Source: Felis catus (Eukaryota). Taken from it: a stretch of 64,000 nucleotides of DNA. The stretch spans positions 114,454,001 through 114,518,000 of the forward strand of contig NC_058368.1 of assembly GCF_018350175.1 (NCBI RefSeq), read 5' to 3'. Shown piece by piece: positions 14,293-28,599 of this stretch. The notes beneath the pieces are model-generated. The model saw only the letters and a program-made list of their open reading frames with translations. It was not told the origin of the DNA and ran no database searches. Position numbers and translations under genes: made by a program. Numbering within the stretch: the first letter of the stretch is position 1; every line of letters begins with the position of its first letter.

Positions 14293-16051
14293 GAGAAAGA
14301 GCAGGAGGGGTAGAGAGAGCAGAAGAGAGAGAATCCCAAGCAGTTTCTTCACTGATAGTGTGGAACCCGATGAGGGGGCTCGATCTCACAGTTTGTGGGT
14401 TTGTGACCTGAGCCAAAACCAAGAGTCGATGCTGAACCAACTGAGCCACTGAGGCGCCTCAGCTGTACTTAGCATTTAAATGCCTGTACAGTAGATACCA
14501 TTTCATTCTTATTACAGAAGAGGAAACCAGACTCAGGTAAATTACCTGCCCAAGGTCACACAGCTGCTGAAACGGGAGAGCTGGGATTTATAACTCAAAC
14601 CACCTAATTCCCATGCCTTCCTGCCTCACCCTTGCACTGATTGCAGGTACACCAATCACTCTTGCTCACAGACTTCTTCACCCCCAGAATTTGCCAGCAC
14701 TTCATGAACTTGTCCTCTTCCTGGAAGAATTCCTGGAAGCTTTATGTAACCACAAGCTGCAGCCTCCCCATCACCCCAAAAGGGAAGGAATAAAGGATAA
14801 AGCTAGGTGAACTGACCAATCAGGAGCAGAGGGGCTACACTGCCCTCCCCCCAACTCCAAACCCCCAGGGACAGCCTCACCAAAGGCAAAGTGGAGTCTG
14901 GCCTTCTGCCAACTGCTTTCTCTGTCCCTCGCTCCCTCCCTCAGCCTTAACTCCCCACCCTCACTTATCATTTTTTCCTAGATCAACTTTACTTTCCAGG
15001 CCCCTACCTCATCGGCCTTGTTCATTCAAGAACACTTCTAAGTACCTACTATTAGCAATAGACTAGGGATTCACCTTCCTTGCTGCAGAGGAACATATAC
15101 AATGCAATATTAATAGTAATAACAGCTAACACTTACTGAGCACTTACTATGTGCCAGTCACTTTTCTTTCGTTTTGAGCTTGAAAAAGCAGGCGGAACAA
15201 GCAGTAGCTTTTAAATCAATTATAAGACTAAGTCAGACAAAGGGAGACAACTAATATTCCATGAACTTTCACTATGTGCTAGGCTGGGAGAAAGAGCAGC
15301 ATTGTAACAAAGAACTTGGACTCTGGGCTGAGGCCACTTTAGGTCAGAGGTCTGTCCTACTACTGACTCACTGCGTGTTTAGGGACAAGCTAATTCTCTG
15401 AGTCTCATAACATGTAAATAACAACGGTTCTTATCTCTAAGGTTTTTGAGGGGATTAAATAATATACACAAAGCACTTAGCAAATTCTCTGACACATAAT
15501 AATCAATGTTCAGCAATTTTTTTTTTTTGAGAGAGAGAGCATGCATGCATGCATGTGAGAGTGGGGAGGGGAAAGAGGAGTGGGAGAGAGAGAATCTTAA
15601 GCAGTCTCCGCACTCAGTGTGGAGCCTGACACGGGGCTCCATCTCACAACCCTGGGATCACCACCTGAGCTGAGATCAAGAGTTGGTCACTTAACTGACT
15701 GAGCCACCCAGGTGCCCCAAGCAATTATTATTACTCATTCTTATAACGTTAGTGTAAAACAGCTAAATAATTACAAACTTTTTTTTCCCTAAACTTTTTT
15801 TAAACTCTTCAGACCGAAGCAGGAATTTCTTTGTATTCCTGTTTAATTACATGGGTGTAGTTGATTGGACTCCTTGGCACTAACAGGTCAAGGGTTTCCC
15901 CATTCTGCCTGCTGCTTAGAAGCATGCCTGACACCAGCTGTTAAAACAGAAATGGTTTGAGGCCTGAACACATAGATCTAAAAATCAGGGCATGAGTATG
16001 AATTACTGCTAGAGAGACAGAAGGGAGGCATTTTTGGATTTGTGTGCTTCA

Positions 16052-16509
16052 TATGTTAGTTTGCTAGGGTTGCTGTGACAAAGTACCAAACACTGGGTGG
16101 CTTAAACAGCAGAAATGTATTGTCTCACAGTTCTGGAGGCTAGAAGTCCAAAATCAAGGTGTCAGTAGGGTCGGTTCCTATTAGGGGCTGTTAGAATCTA
16201 TTCCAGGCCTCTCTCCTAGATGGTGATGTGCTGGCAATCTTTGGCATTCCCTGACTTATAGAAGCACCATTGTGACTTCTGCCTTCATTTTCACATGACA
16301 TTCTCCCTCTGTGCTTGTCAATGTCTAATTTTCCCCCCTTTGTATGGTTATCAGATATATTGGATTAGAGGCCCACCCTACTCCAGCAGCACCTCATCTG
16401 AACTAACCACATCTGCAATGGCCCTGTCTTCTAATAAGGTACTTCTGAGGTACCGAGGGTTAGTGCTTCAACACATGAATTTTGGGGAGATACAATTCAG
16501 CCCATAACA
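16052..16509 (-). mobile_element. MaLR MLT1B/C-like solo LTR
   Basis: tgttagtttgctagggttgctgtgacaaagtacc...ctcacagttctggaggctagaagtcc...caattcagcccataaca. Confidence 0.8.
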
Positions 16510-16922
16510 TGTTAGCACTTCTCAACTAAGCTTATGACTTCAAACTTTTGAAAATTTCAGAATTTGCTGGTGTTTCTTCCTGTGGCCATTTTTTTTCCCC
16601 CAAGATTTTAAGTAATCTCTACACCCAACATGGAGCTCGAACTCACTACCTGGAAGAGCAAGAGTCACATGCTCCACTGGCTGAACCAGCCGCCCCTTTG
16701 TGGCCATTTTGAAGTTGTAATTCCATGGAGGACTCCTCTTCACCCTTCTCATCTAACTACTTCTCATTATCAATCCTGTTTTAACAGAAGAGGAAGGAAG
16801 GAGGAGCTCAGAAATGTTTAGTCACAATGAGTAGGACTGCAACCAGGGTTTACCTGACTCCAAACCCTGTGCTATTTATTTCTAGGGGTACAGGCCTATG
16901 CTATTGTAAAAAGCAATATTCA

Positions 16923-17147
16923 GGGGCGCCTGGGTGGCGCAGTCGGTTAAGCGTCCGACTTCAGTCAAGTCACGATCTCACGGTCCGTGAGTTCGAGCCC
17001 CGCGTCGGACTCCGGGCTGATGGCTCAGAGCCTGGAGCCTGTTTCCGATTCTGTGTCTCCCTCTCTCTCTGCCCCTCCCCCGTTCATGCTCTATCTCTCT
17101 CTGTCCCAAAAATAAATAAACATTGAAAAAAAAATTAAAAAAAAAAA
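16923..17147 (+). mobile_element. Young felid CanSINE (SINEC_Fc-like)
   Basis: GGGGCGCCTGGGTGGCGCAGTCGGTTAAG head with CpGs intact, CT tract, poly(A); target-site duplication AAAAAGCAATATTCA. Confidence 0.9.
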
Positions 17148-18359
17148 GCAATATTCAGCTGAACAGCTTAAAACCATAACCTCAAATATGTTTGTAATCT
17201 GCAAACTTCCTCAAATGGCATTTACATCGATGACTCCAAATGAGCCCCCCAGCAATTTGTGCAATGGTCAGGGCAGACTCAAATGAAGTTCCTTGTCCAG
17301 GGTACAGACAGGACACCACAGGACCAGGCTCCAGAATATGGTTGCTGGAGACCTGACCTGCTATCTGCAGTTGTTCTATCATCAAGAGTAGTTTCTGGTC
17401 TCCTGGTTCTCCCAAGTCAATGGGATTGTGTAGGTTAAGAAGCTCCTCTCCCCCAACTACCAACGCACCTTAAATACCCTTCTCTGGCAAACTTTGGCCT
17501 CTGTAGCCTCTCGGCAGGTAATAGGAGATGGCACCACCCCTCACCCCAAGTTCAGAAAGAGAAGTACAAGAAGGATTTCTGGTTCAGGACAAAAACTACC
17601 TCCCTTACACTTGGCTTCTTTTCCATTAAGATTGAAAGTTGCAAATCAATCAGGAGAAAATTGCCCTTGGGACTGTTGAGCAGACATCTTTGCTCAAATC
17701 AGATCCTGGATGTGTGTGTCAAAAGCACCTCACACTCTCATTCATTGCCAACCAAGTCTCTGGGGCAGTCCAATTGATTTAGTAGCATTCACTCAGAACT
17801 AACAATCACTGCACACATCTTCTGCTGCTGGGTGAGCCCTCTGATTACTACTTCTCACTCACTGGTCTAATGGGCAAGGTGAATCTACAGCACGATGGAT
17901 AAGGACAATACTACGAAATCAAGGACAGAGCCCCTGTCCTCCACACTCCAGGATTACCAAGCTGAAAAAAAAAAACGTAGGTACTAAAAATTCTTTTAGG
18001 TTTTAAAGGAGTGGGGGAAGGAGTTGTCATGGGACATCCACCACATGCGAGGTGTTTGGCATACATTAGTTCGTTAAATCTTCATAACTCTAGTGGGTAG
18101 ATGCTATTAATATCTTCATTTCTAGGTATAAACAATATTTTAGCTATGGAAAGTAGAATTTCTTAAACCTAAAAATAAATAATGAATAGGTTTTATGAGT
18201 GGACCATTATCTTTAATTTCTCTCACAGAAGGGACCTAGAAAGAGCTCTCTGGGCAGGGTGGTTAAATGGTTATCACTCTTGCACTGCTTTGCCTGCTCT
18301 CATCTCCTGGGGAAAGCTTTAAGCACATCTTCATGGTCGGACAGATCTGGATTCAAATC

Positions 18360-18800
18360 ATAGCTCTTACAGGAAAATTAATTTACTCGAACTATTTCAA
18401 ACAGAGGAAATTTAATATAGAGAGTTTAACACTGTGGCCACTCAGGTGGCAGAAGTGACAGAAGAACTTTAAAGCCATACGAGGTAAGTGAGGTAACCCA
18501 GAGATTAGCAAGAGCAAGAAACCACTACCATCTAGTCTGGAGGCCAAAGGAAGGACATGGAGCCCAGAAGCTGTCAAGGATAGGGGTATTCTGGGTCCTC
18601 CTATCCTCAGCTCTCCAATCTTGTAGAGTGGCTACCATTGGCCAAAATCAGCCAAAATCCAGCTGACAAAGGAGCCTGGGAAATCCAGCCTGACCGGAGG
18701 TGGAATGGAGGTAGAAGTGTGGGGGTGGCCCACCCATGAAAAACAGTATCAGAAAGGGGGTGATGGATCTGAGGGCAAACAGGCAAATGATGGGCCCAGC
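18360..18800. mobile_element. Old MLT1-type LTR fragment
   Basis: ccattggccaaaatc...ccagctgacaaaggagcctgggaaat motif. Confidence 0.45.
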
Positions 18801-19419
18801 CCTTGCTAGTTTCAAATTCCTCCTTTATAACCAATGATTTGTATTTCACAGGGTTGTTGTAAGAATTAAAGGAGCAAATACAAATAAATATTAGCACACT
18901 CCCTGGCACATAGTATGAAGGCAGCTATAAATTATTTTTCCCTGGATGGAAAAGCTAATATTCAGACAGATGAGAACATTTGTTCAAGGGAAGGGCTTGG
19001 AGGCTGGAAGATGGCTGTGATGTTGGGCAGGTCACTTCATTTATTTGAGCCATCATTTCCTCATCCTACCAATTAACTCACTGGGTTGCTGAGGGGATTC
19101 ATTCTTCCTGCAAATATTTACTGAGCACCGGCCATGTTCCAGGCTTTGTGGGCGCAGGTAAACAAAACAGATGTACACTGCCTCACTTTCCTGGAGTTTG
19201 CAATCTGGTCAGGAGAAAGGCATTGGCCAGAAAGTTGTACAGATCGCACACATGTAACAACACTGTGATAAATGCTATGAAGGAGAGGTAAGTACTGGGT
19301 GGGAGGGTTACAGGGTGGCCTGGCCTACCCTGGGGAGGTCAGGGCAGCTTCCCTGTGACTAAGGTCACTGGGTATGAAGGATGAATGGCAGGGGGGACGG
19401 TGAGGGGCAGTGGTAGAGT

Positions 19420-20090
19420 GAGTTGGGGAACCGCGGGAGGAGCTCTTTGGAATGTTTAAACGTTAACCCGTCATTGTATCCGCAGCCTCCCCAGGATCAA
19501 GCGGCCATGCTCGCCTGCGAGGACCTCCAGCCTCCCTCGCCTTGCACCCCGCACCTCCCAGAGACTCCCGGGCGGCGCGCGCAGGCAGTGGTGCCCGCCC
19601 AGGCACCGGCTCTTCCCAGCAGGGCACCGCGTCCCGCCCTGGCCGCCTGACCCAGGAGCAGCTCGTGCACTCGGCGGCCTCGCGACCCGGGCGGCCTCCG
19701 ATCCTCTGCTAATGCGTATCGAATTTTTGTTGAATGCGGCCCCGGGCCCGCGCAGAGAGCGCGGCGGCGACGCTGCCAGAGCCTCTTAATTCCCTTTGCA
19801 TCGATCCCGCCGTTAATGACCTAACCTTCTCCCCTAATTAACTGACAACTGCATTAGGCGGCGCGCCTCCCCGCACGCAGCCTGCGGCTTCCCCACCGCG
19901 GTTCTGCCCGCGCCGAGAAGCCCGCGCCGAGGAGCCGCGCCAGCGGTGGGAGTGGGGGCGGCCGTTACCGCCCTGACTAAACCCAGAGCCCTGCCACTGG
20001 GGTCCGACGTGGGGGGTCGTGTTTCAGGTTTTGGATGCGCCTTCGGTCCTGATCCGTCACTAAACGTTTGCTGCCGTTGTTTATGCTGTT
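19420..20090. promoter_or_regulatory. Orphan intergenic CpG island
   Basis: About 650 bp with dense CpG/GCGC in an otherwise CpG-depleted region; GGGGGCGG box at about 19954; no credible coding exon. Confidence 0.75.
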
Positions 20091-20976
20091 GTTGCTTAGT
20101 TTGTGCCAACACTGGGCAGAACATTTAACATGCTTTAAGCTTACTGATTCATTACAACGACCCAAGAGGCGGATGGAGGAAGCTGGGCTCACAAGTGGAG
20201 GAACACAGCAATCACCAAGGCTGTGCAGCAAGCGGCTGAGGGAGGTGGGACTCTCACCCTTTCTTACCCGAGTGTGCCCTTATCTCGTAAGCTTCCTACC
20301 CTCCAATATATAATTTAAACTGTACTTAAATGTGAAATTTAAACTAAATTTAAATGTAAAATATACAAAATGTGAAGTGCTTAGCGCACTAGGTGGCAGA
20401 TAATAAGCACTCAATATTTATTTTAGTGTGACAGGATAACTCATTGAAATACTGATTGGGGTTTATTCTCCTTTGCCTTCCCTCTCCTGAATGGTCATTT
20501 CACCCAAATGGTCAGGTCTGTAATCCCTTGGGGGACGGAGAAAGCAGAGGCAGCTTGTGGTCTTTTGACAAACACAAACACACAGGGGTCCCAAACTTCA
20601 TACTTCAGTATAAGTTACAAAGGATTTTTCCTCCCTCCCCTTCACCCATGCACATTATATACTGGGACCAGGGCAGGACTTAACCTCAGTTTCATTTGTG
20701 AAATAGGAATATTACCTGTAGCTCTGGTTAAGATATATTTTCTAACCTCTACTACAGGCAAGTATTATATGCTAAGGGTTCTGTGAAAATGGGATTCATC
20801 TGCGCAGGACCTTTTCACAGGTTTTACAGGTTACTGAAATGATCTGGCGGTCATTCACTTTTACTCTGATTCTCTCTGCAACCTGGTTTGTGGGCCTTTA
20901 TTTTCATTTTGTATTAGTTTTATTTATTTATTTTTTTTAGTATATTTATTTATTTTGAGAGAGAGAGGGAGAGGAG

Positions 20977-21027
<51 letters not shown>

Positions 21028-21397
21028 ATCCCAAGCAGGTTCTTTGCTCTTAAGCACAGAGCCCGACTTGGATCTCTGTCTCATGAACTGTGAGATCATG
21101 ACCTGAGCCAAGATCAAGAGTCCAACACTTAACCGACTAAGTCACCCAAGTGCCCCAAAATGTGTATTTTTAAAAGTCACCTCAGGGGCACCTGGATGGC
21201 TCAGTTGGTTAAGTGTCCAACTTCGGCTCAGATCATGGTCTCAAGAGTTTGTGAATTTGAGCCCCACATCAGGTTCTGTGCTGACGTTTGGAGCCTGGAG
21301 CCTGCTTCAGATCCTGTGTGTGTGTGTCTCCCTCTCTCTCTCTGCCCCTCCCCCACTCATGCCCTGTCTTTTACTCTCAAAAATAAGCATTTTAAAA

Positions 21398-21400
21398 CAA

Positions 21401-21439
<39 letters not shown>

Positions 21440-21442
21440 ATA
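21398..21442 (+). repeat. (TAAA)n SINE-tail microsatellite; similar (TTTA)n at about 14250-14292 and (TAAAA)n at about 32846-32886
   Basis: Direct reading. Confidence 0.9.
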
Positions 21443-24328
21443 TCACCTCAAATCTCCTCTGGGATGAGGCAAATTATGGAAAAATATATTTAAAAATAAA
21501 ATGGATGAAATAGCAATTCAAGAGTTTGGCCAATATTCATTAAGTTGGGTTGGCATTTCAAAGTGAGGAAACTGAGGCTAGGAGAGGTTCATGGAATTGT
21601 TCCAGCAAGACAACAAGACTTCAGGACTGGGAACCCTGTCCATGCTTAGCCACCTCCTCCTCTCTTTCCTTCTACTTCTTGGGAGTCACCTTCCCACCCA
21701 AGTACCTAACATCTCATACTGTACACTTCCTGCAGGAGAAACCTGGATTTGACAAGTCCCTGACACCTAACACTGAAGTAAATATTAGATCAATATATTC
21801 CCCGCCAGCCATTTCCTCTTCCTCTCTGACAAATCTATCAGTCACCACTTTTTAGCAATAGTCATTTTCTAGATCAAGAGGCTGAAGCTTCACAAGATTA
21901 AGCAATTTGCTTGAATTCACTCAGCTGAGAGTTTTGCTGAAATTCAAACCCAGATCAGGCTGGATCCACTTTCCATTGTACTCTTTGCACTACAACATGT
22001 TTTTCTTAAAGACTAGAGAGCTACGTTCCCTAACACAAGCTTGACATGTAATTCCTTAAGAATTAAGTGATTTAACTTGGCCTAGAAGGGAGTTCTCTTC
22101 CCCTTTGGGGCGTGGGGGTGGGTGGTAGGGAGCCAGCCTGAATTAGAGGGTCTCTTTCAGAAGCCACAAGGCCGCTTTGTGATGGAGACTGTTAAAGGGC
22201 ACAGGCAGAATCTGCCTAAGGCAAAGATGGGAAATGAGGCAAGTCTCCTAAATGCAGGAGGAGAGGAACCACTCTTCAGAGGGAGAGGAACAAGATTGTC
22301 TCTCTCTGGACATCCCACTGTGTGATGTGCTCACCTCTTAGGTGTCACTCCCTTCCTAAGAAACACTTCTGTCGCTCATCTCTGTTTGTTGAGCTTCTAT
22401 TATCCTTTAAGGTTCTACTCAAATGTAGCCTCCTCCGAATGAAGCCCCCCCCCCCCCCCCCCCCATGAATTGACTGTCTTGACTGTCCCTCAGGAGTCTC
22501 ACAGGCCCTGGATCACATGCTCTTTCACAACAAACAGAATCTGCTTCAAATGCACTTGCCAGTGATTAGCTGTGTGACTCTGGGCAAGAATTAACTTCTA
22601 GACTTCTATCCCCATCTGTAAAATGGGGATAATAGTGCCTGCCTTCAGAGGGCTATAATGAAGTTTCAACTGGATTATACACGTGAGATAAGGGAAAAAA
22701 TATTAACTGTATATATTCATGGCATAAACCTCTACCCAGGAGCATGGAGAGAGAGGAAAGATTGTGTAGAGATGGCTGCTTTGTACATATAATACAGAGA
22801 AACAGATGGGGAAAGAGGATTTTAAGTTTTGCTGTGTATTTTTTCCAAAAGACTGTGCAGTCGTTATTTAAATTTGTTTCAAATATTGTGGATGCCAGAT
22901 TGATACCATGTGGAGACAAGCCTATGAGGCAGCTCAGCTTTAAAGATATACACATTGAGCTCTTAGTGCAGTGTTTGACACAGACCAAGTACTCAAATAA
23001 TGATGTCTTTATTATTTGTTTATCTGTCTCTACCACAACACTTGTCTTCATCTCTGTGGCAACCTACTGCCTGCCCTATGTGGTCCACAGTAGATGCTCA
23101 GCAGGAAGAAGCCTCCATTGGAACCCCAAAGCCAACCAAAATCTGGGGAGACCATACTCCCAGAACAAATGCCTGATATTCAAGCTGACCACAGCAACTG
23201 GAGTGGGGTCAGCCCAGGGAGGGGCTATTTGCTCTAGCCCTCTGTGGGGGATGGGCTCCTCCTTTCTGCCTGTCACTGTTCCCAGCCCAGACACAGGCTC
23301 ACTTCATCCTCTCCCTGCCACACACTGACCTCTGTGCCCTGGGATGTCAGCAAGGGGTTAAGGGGCCATGGAGCTCCCTGTGGTCGCGGATGCCAAGCAT
23401 GCCAGGCCAGAAATCTTCACATTGTTTCCTCAGGATTCCTGCCTGCTCCATGGGCCTGGTTTTCAGAACAGCAGCTCTGCAGTTGGTGTGTCTGCAGAGG
23501 AGACACCTCCCCCGCCCAGGCAGTCAGGTTGGGAAATGAGTGGCCCTGAAGACATGGGAGCACCTTTCCCCCAGAGAACTCCAGTCATGGCAGACTACCT
23601 GTAATTCCCTCAACACTCCCTGCCCTTTCCAGTCTCTGTTTGCTCATTCTGGTTTTTGGGGTGCCCCCCCCCATTTCTGCCTAATTAAATCCTACTTCTT
23701 CAAGGTCCAGCCAAAATACCTTCTCTTCCCAGAAACCATAACTATAGCCTAAAAGAGCTCCCCCTTACCCCCACACTCCTCATCATAGTCTCTGTTCTAA
23801 TTTAAGACATAGGGCCTCACCCCAACACTGGACAAATGTGATGTGTATCAAAGATTGTGCCTGGGAGTCAGGAAGGCTGAGGTTTGATTCCTGGATCAGT
23901 CACTTGTTAGCCCTGTAACTTGGACAAATTGCTTGGCCTTGTTAAGTCCCTTGTAAAACAGAGGGAAAAAATAGGATAGTTCTGAAAAGTAAATGAAATA
24001 ATGCTCATTAAGCCATTAGCATTATGCTTTGCACACATGAAGCTCTTAATAAGTGTTAGTCCTCCACCTCCACACCCATGTACAGTATGTCAGTTAGGGC
24101 CTTGACCAGCTCAATATGTGCAAGGGGAATTTTATTGGACCAAGTCTCCCAAGCTCCAGATGTGAAGAGTCTTCCTCCTGAGAGAAGCAGAGATGCTAAA
24201 AAGAGACTGGAGTTTCTGACAACCAGAGATCCTAAGAGAGGAAAGAGGGTGAGAGACTACGAATGTTGGTCAGATGGGATGTAGAGGTGAAGATAGAGGG
24301 TTATTAGCCAAAGAAATGGCAGTACTTT

Positions 24329-24805
24329 TGTCAAAGGGAAAAATATTTTCTTCTACCTCTTATGTTCAGTATCAGGAAACCTGTGTATTAAACTAACAAA
24401 ACGCAGATTAACAGGAGAAAAGGCAAAAATTGTATTAATATTTACCTGCACAGGAGTTTACAAAAAGAAGTGAAACTCAAATAAGACCTGAGGTTAAATT
24501 AGGGGTCTTATATACCCTTTTAACAAAGTAAAGAGGGTTTGGGGTCACAGGACAATAAATTGTGGGGAAGTGACTAGGAAGTATATGGGGGAAACTAATG
24601 GAAGCTAAGGGCTATTTTAGGAAGGCTGGTTTTTGCAAACTCATCTTGGTGTTGATTCCCCATCCTCAATCATGCCCTGCTTTCAGACAGTTAAGGGGAG
24701 GGCAGAGAACTCTTCCTGAATCTGTTGATTCTCTATCATCTTCAGGTCAAAATAATCCTTACACCAAGTAGTATATTTAGGAATGGCATTCTCTGATTCC
24801 CTTCA
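24329..24805 (-). mobile_element. ERV1 solo LTR (MER34-like)
   Basis: Minus strand begins TGAAGGGAATCAGAGAATGCCA...GGATTATTTTGA like the MER34 family and ends ...TGACA. Confidence 0.7.
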
Positions 24806-27800
24806 ATTTGCCTTACTCTTCAACTGCCAGAACCAAAAATCTAGCAAAGCCTCCTTCTGCAGGCATAAAGAACCTCCACTCAGGGGCACCTGGATGGCTC
24901 AGTCAGTTAAACATCTGACTTCGGTTCAGGTCATGAGATCATGGTTCATGAGTTCAAGCCCCCATCAGGCTCTGTGCTGACAGCTCAGAGCCTGGAGCTT
25001 ACTTTGGACTCTGTGTCTCCCTCTCTGCCCCTCCCCTACTCATGCTCTGTCTCTGTCCCTCTCTCTCAAAAATAAACAAACATTAAAAAAAAAATTAAAA
25101 AAGAACCTCCACTCAGATCTACCTCCAAGGGTACTTCTCAGACCCAGAGCCTCAGCACCTGGTCTGTGTTCCTACATTCCCATCCCTTCAGGGCATCCAA
25201 GAAGGAAGCTCAGGAGATACTCCAAGGCCAGGAAAAAAGCCACAAAAGAAGCAAGCCCTGACTTCAGGTAATTAAGACCCACTGCAATTCCCTGACAGGA
25301 GTCTATGCCATTGGGCCTGTCTGAGCCACTCTGTGTCCCTCAGACAGGCCTGGCATTGTCTCTCAACCCAGAAAAGCCAATCTAGAACCTATGCATAGAC
25401 AATCAGATTTTCTGTGAATTTCGAACTAGAATGGGAGATCACTTAGGTGAACTCGAAGTAGGTCTGCAGAAAGAATGAAGTAGATGGTTCAAGATGTCTA
25501 GGCCTTCAAGAGAGGGCAATCAAGACTGGTTCCTGACTCACCAGTCTCAGCACCCCAAGGCCTGGATGAATTTCCTGGGGTTGGGTTTCAGGACATTCCC
25601 CTTTTACTAAGCAATTCCAGTATTTCTGTTACATTCAACCAAAAGGTCCTTGACTAACACATTAACTCTCTTTGACTCTGTGCCTTGTCCAAGGTCCCTC
25701 AGATCTGAGACACAGACCCAGAGTTCTGGCTTACATCTTGGAGTTCAGAGCTTGAATAGTATCTCCCAGGGGCAGCCCCACCCAGAATTCAGCCCACAGT
25801 TGGAAGGAAAGCCAGCACCATCACTCACCACTCCTCCTGGGCAGGAAGCAGAACATCTGGTACCCACAGATCCCCTCCCAGAGGTCATAATAATAATAGC
25901 TGCCATTTATTGAGTACCCATCTTGTATCAGATGCTGTGCTAAGTATTACTTCCAGTCTTCAAAAAAATCGTGATTTTTAAAATAGGTTTTAAATATTTT
26001 TACTATTATCTAACTTAAATATGCATGGAGAGCAAAACAAGCATAAATTCCTCATGCTTATAAGCTTTTATAGAAATAAGATGCCAAAAAACTTGCCAAC
26101 CAAAACCATTAAAATTGATATAAACATTAGTTGATACTGCCAATTAGTTTTTTTTGGCTGAAGATAAATTGATGATGTTATATTTATTTTTGTAAGAAAA
26201 GCAAAACAGGGGTGCCAGTGGCTCAGTCGGTTAAGCATCTGATTGTTGGTTTTGGCTCAGGTCATGACTTCATGGTTTGTGGGTTTGAGCCCCATGTTGG
26301 TCTCTGTGCTACAGGCAGTGCAGAGTCTGCTTGGGATTCTTTCTCTCTCTGCCCCTCCCCAACTCTCTACGTAAATAAATAAACTTAAAAATTTTTTTAA
26401 ATTAGAAAAGCAAAATAAAAATGGCAACCCTTTAAGTTAGGTATTTCCATTGGCATCCCCAGTGGACAGGAAGAAATGGTGGCTCAGAGGGGTAAAGCGT
26501 ATTTCCCAAGGTCAAAGAGCTGAGGGTTATAATCAACCAGAATAAATGAAAAATCTCAACTGCCCAAACTTGAGGTCTGGCTGCTAGAGTCCTGGGCTGC
26601 CCCTTCACCAAAATGGCAGCTCATAAATGGTCAAGGGAAGATCTTGAAAAATACTTACAACCTGGCACAGAGCAAATGCTTGTTAAAGGTTTGTTGAATG
26701 AATGCATGAATGAATGAATGGGTGAATATGAAGGGCGTTGTTTAAAAGACAGTCTGAAAAAATAAATAAAATAAATAAAATGAAAGACAGTCTGCTCTAC
26801 CCCAATGATGCAGAGGCCTGTAATTCAGCACTCCCCATTTACCACTGCTGTCAGTGGCCCTTCCCTCCTTGTTACCCAGGAGCTAGTCTAATGGCATTCG
26901 CCATTCCAATCAGCCTGGATACCATTAAAAGCTTCAGTCCAGCCACTGTGCCCCCACCCCAGGTCTTGGCTCTGGGCCCTGGGCTTGGGGAGTGGCCTAG
27001 TTGTTTACCAGAAATTTGGACCTTATTCAGAGAAAAGCACAGATGACCTATTAGTCTAATTCAAGCACTTAGCAAGGAATGACTGTACCATTCACACCCC
27101 CAGCCCCAGGCTAATGGAGTCAAAGCAAATGGAGAGGCTTTGCCAGCTCAGAGATCTTCCTGGGAGGGGTGAAGGGGAAGGTCTCCAAGTGCCCCCACTG
27201 AAGTTTGCAGGGAGGAATGTTGACCTAGCATTTTCTGGGGGCAGCGTGTACTATGGGGATACAAAAATGTGTAAGAAGAGGCTTTCCTATTCTACCCGCC
27301 ACTCGGCAGCATTTCTGCACATCCTACCCCCAGTCACCTGCTCACTACCTTAAAACTTGGTTGAGAGAAAAATGGGAAGACAACCAAATATCCATTGATA
27401 AATAACTGGTTAAATAAACGATATATGTAGGAATATGCATTCATATAAGTCCATGCTCTGAAGCTGATAAAAAGGATGATGTAGTTCAAGCTCTACTCAT
27501 GCATGCTGAAAGGTATCTGTGACTTACACAGTGACATGCAGTGTCTGATCCCACTTATATAAAGTTATACATACCCAGAGATTTTCATGTGCACATATAG
27601 GCAGAGAGCATTTGGCAGTTTGCTGGTGGGATTTTAGAGTATTTTACTTTCTTCTTTATAATTGTCTGTATTGTCCAAATGTTCTACAAAAACCACATAC
27701 TGTAATTGCTAACTTTTCTGAGTTCTTATATTGTGTCAGTTCCAATGCGTTTATATGGATTATCTCATTCCTTATGAAGTGGGTTCTATGCTTTTTCACA

Positions 27801-28593
27801 TTACAGATGTAGATAATGAGGTCTAGAAAGGTTGAGCCCAAGGTCATATAGCTATTAAGTAACAAAGTCAAATACTGTTGGAAGATCAAATGAATTAATG
27901 CATGTACTTGCATGCAGTAGAGGCTCAATAAATGACGGTTATTATTATAATTATTGTACAGCACTTATCGCACTGTCTTGTTCTTCTTGTCTTGTCTATT
28001 CCTCTGCTCTGGAGTGTAAAAGACTTGAAAACAGTATCTGAATCAGTACTCCAGAATCTCCTGCATCCAGCACAGTGCCTTGCTGAGCCAGCACTCATCA
28101 GATGCTTAAGGAAAGAGTGAGTGAATGAATAGACAAATGGCCACAGCTCTATAAATATACTTTCCCAACTACTTTGTTTCCTTATCCCAACAGGATTGCA
28201 AATGGGATTGAGGACCAGTCTCTCATTTCCTCTGGCCCCCATCATGGTCTGGAGCAAGCCAATAACACGAGCAGATGCTCAATAAATGCTTTGGTTGACT
28301 GGGGATACTCCCCTCTCAGCTCCTGTGGCAGATCCCAGGTAGTATACCAGATATGGCTGGATCTGGGACAGATACCAGGTCCAAAGCCTCACATAAGCTA
28401 TATTTTTCCTTCCAACTCCATGTTAAGTACACAGGGATGTTGAGAGAATTGCTGAGGTCACACAGCAATTGGTGGGAGGGTAACTGTGTCTCCTGGTCCT
28501 GGCCACCTCTATTCTTGTACCTGTAACACTTCTAATTCTACATAAATTCACAATGCGAGAAAACAGGAAAAGAGCAAAGTTTTAAGCCAAATG

Positions 28594-28599
28594 TTTAAT
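28594..28599 (-). terminator. GFRA3: Probable GFRA3 polyadenylation signal (ATTAAA)
   Basis: ATTAAA on the minus strand about 560 nt past the stop, followed by a U-rich downstream tract (ctttgctcttttcctgtttt). Confidence 0.7.

Noticed and set aside
19423..20313. Several short ORFs in the orphan CpG island
   Set aside because: Low-complexity Pro/Ala/Arg translations with no homology or coherent splice structure.
22744..23328. 194-aa plus-strand ORF, the longest in the track
   Set aside because: No recognisable domain, overlaps MIR-like remnants and has no supporting exon structure; likely a chance ORF.
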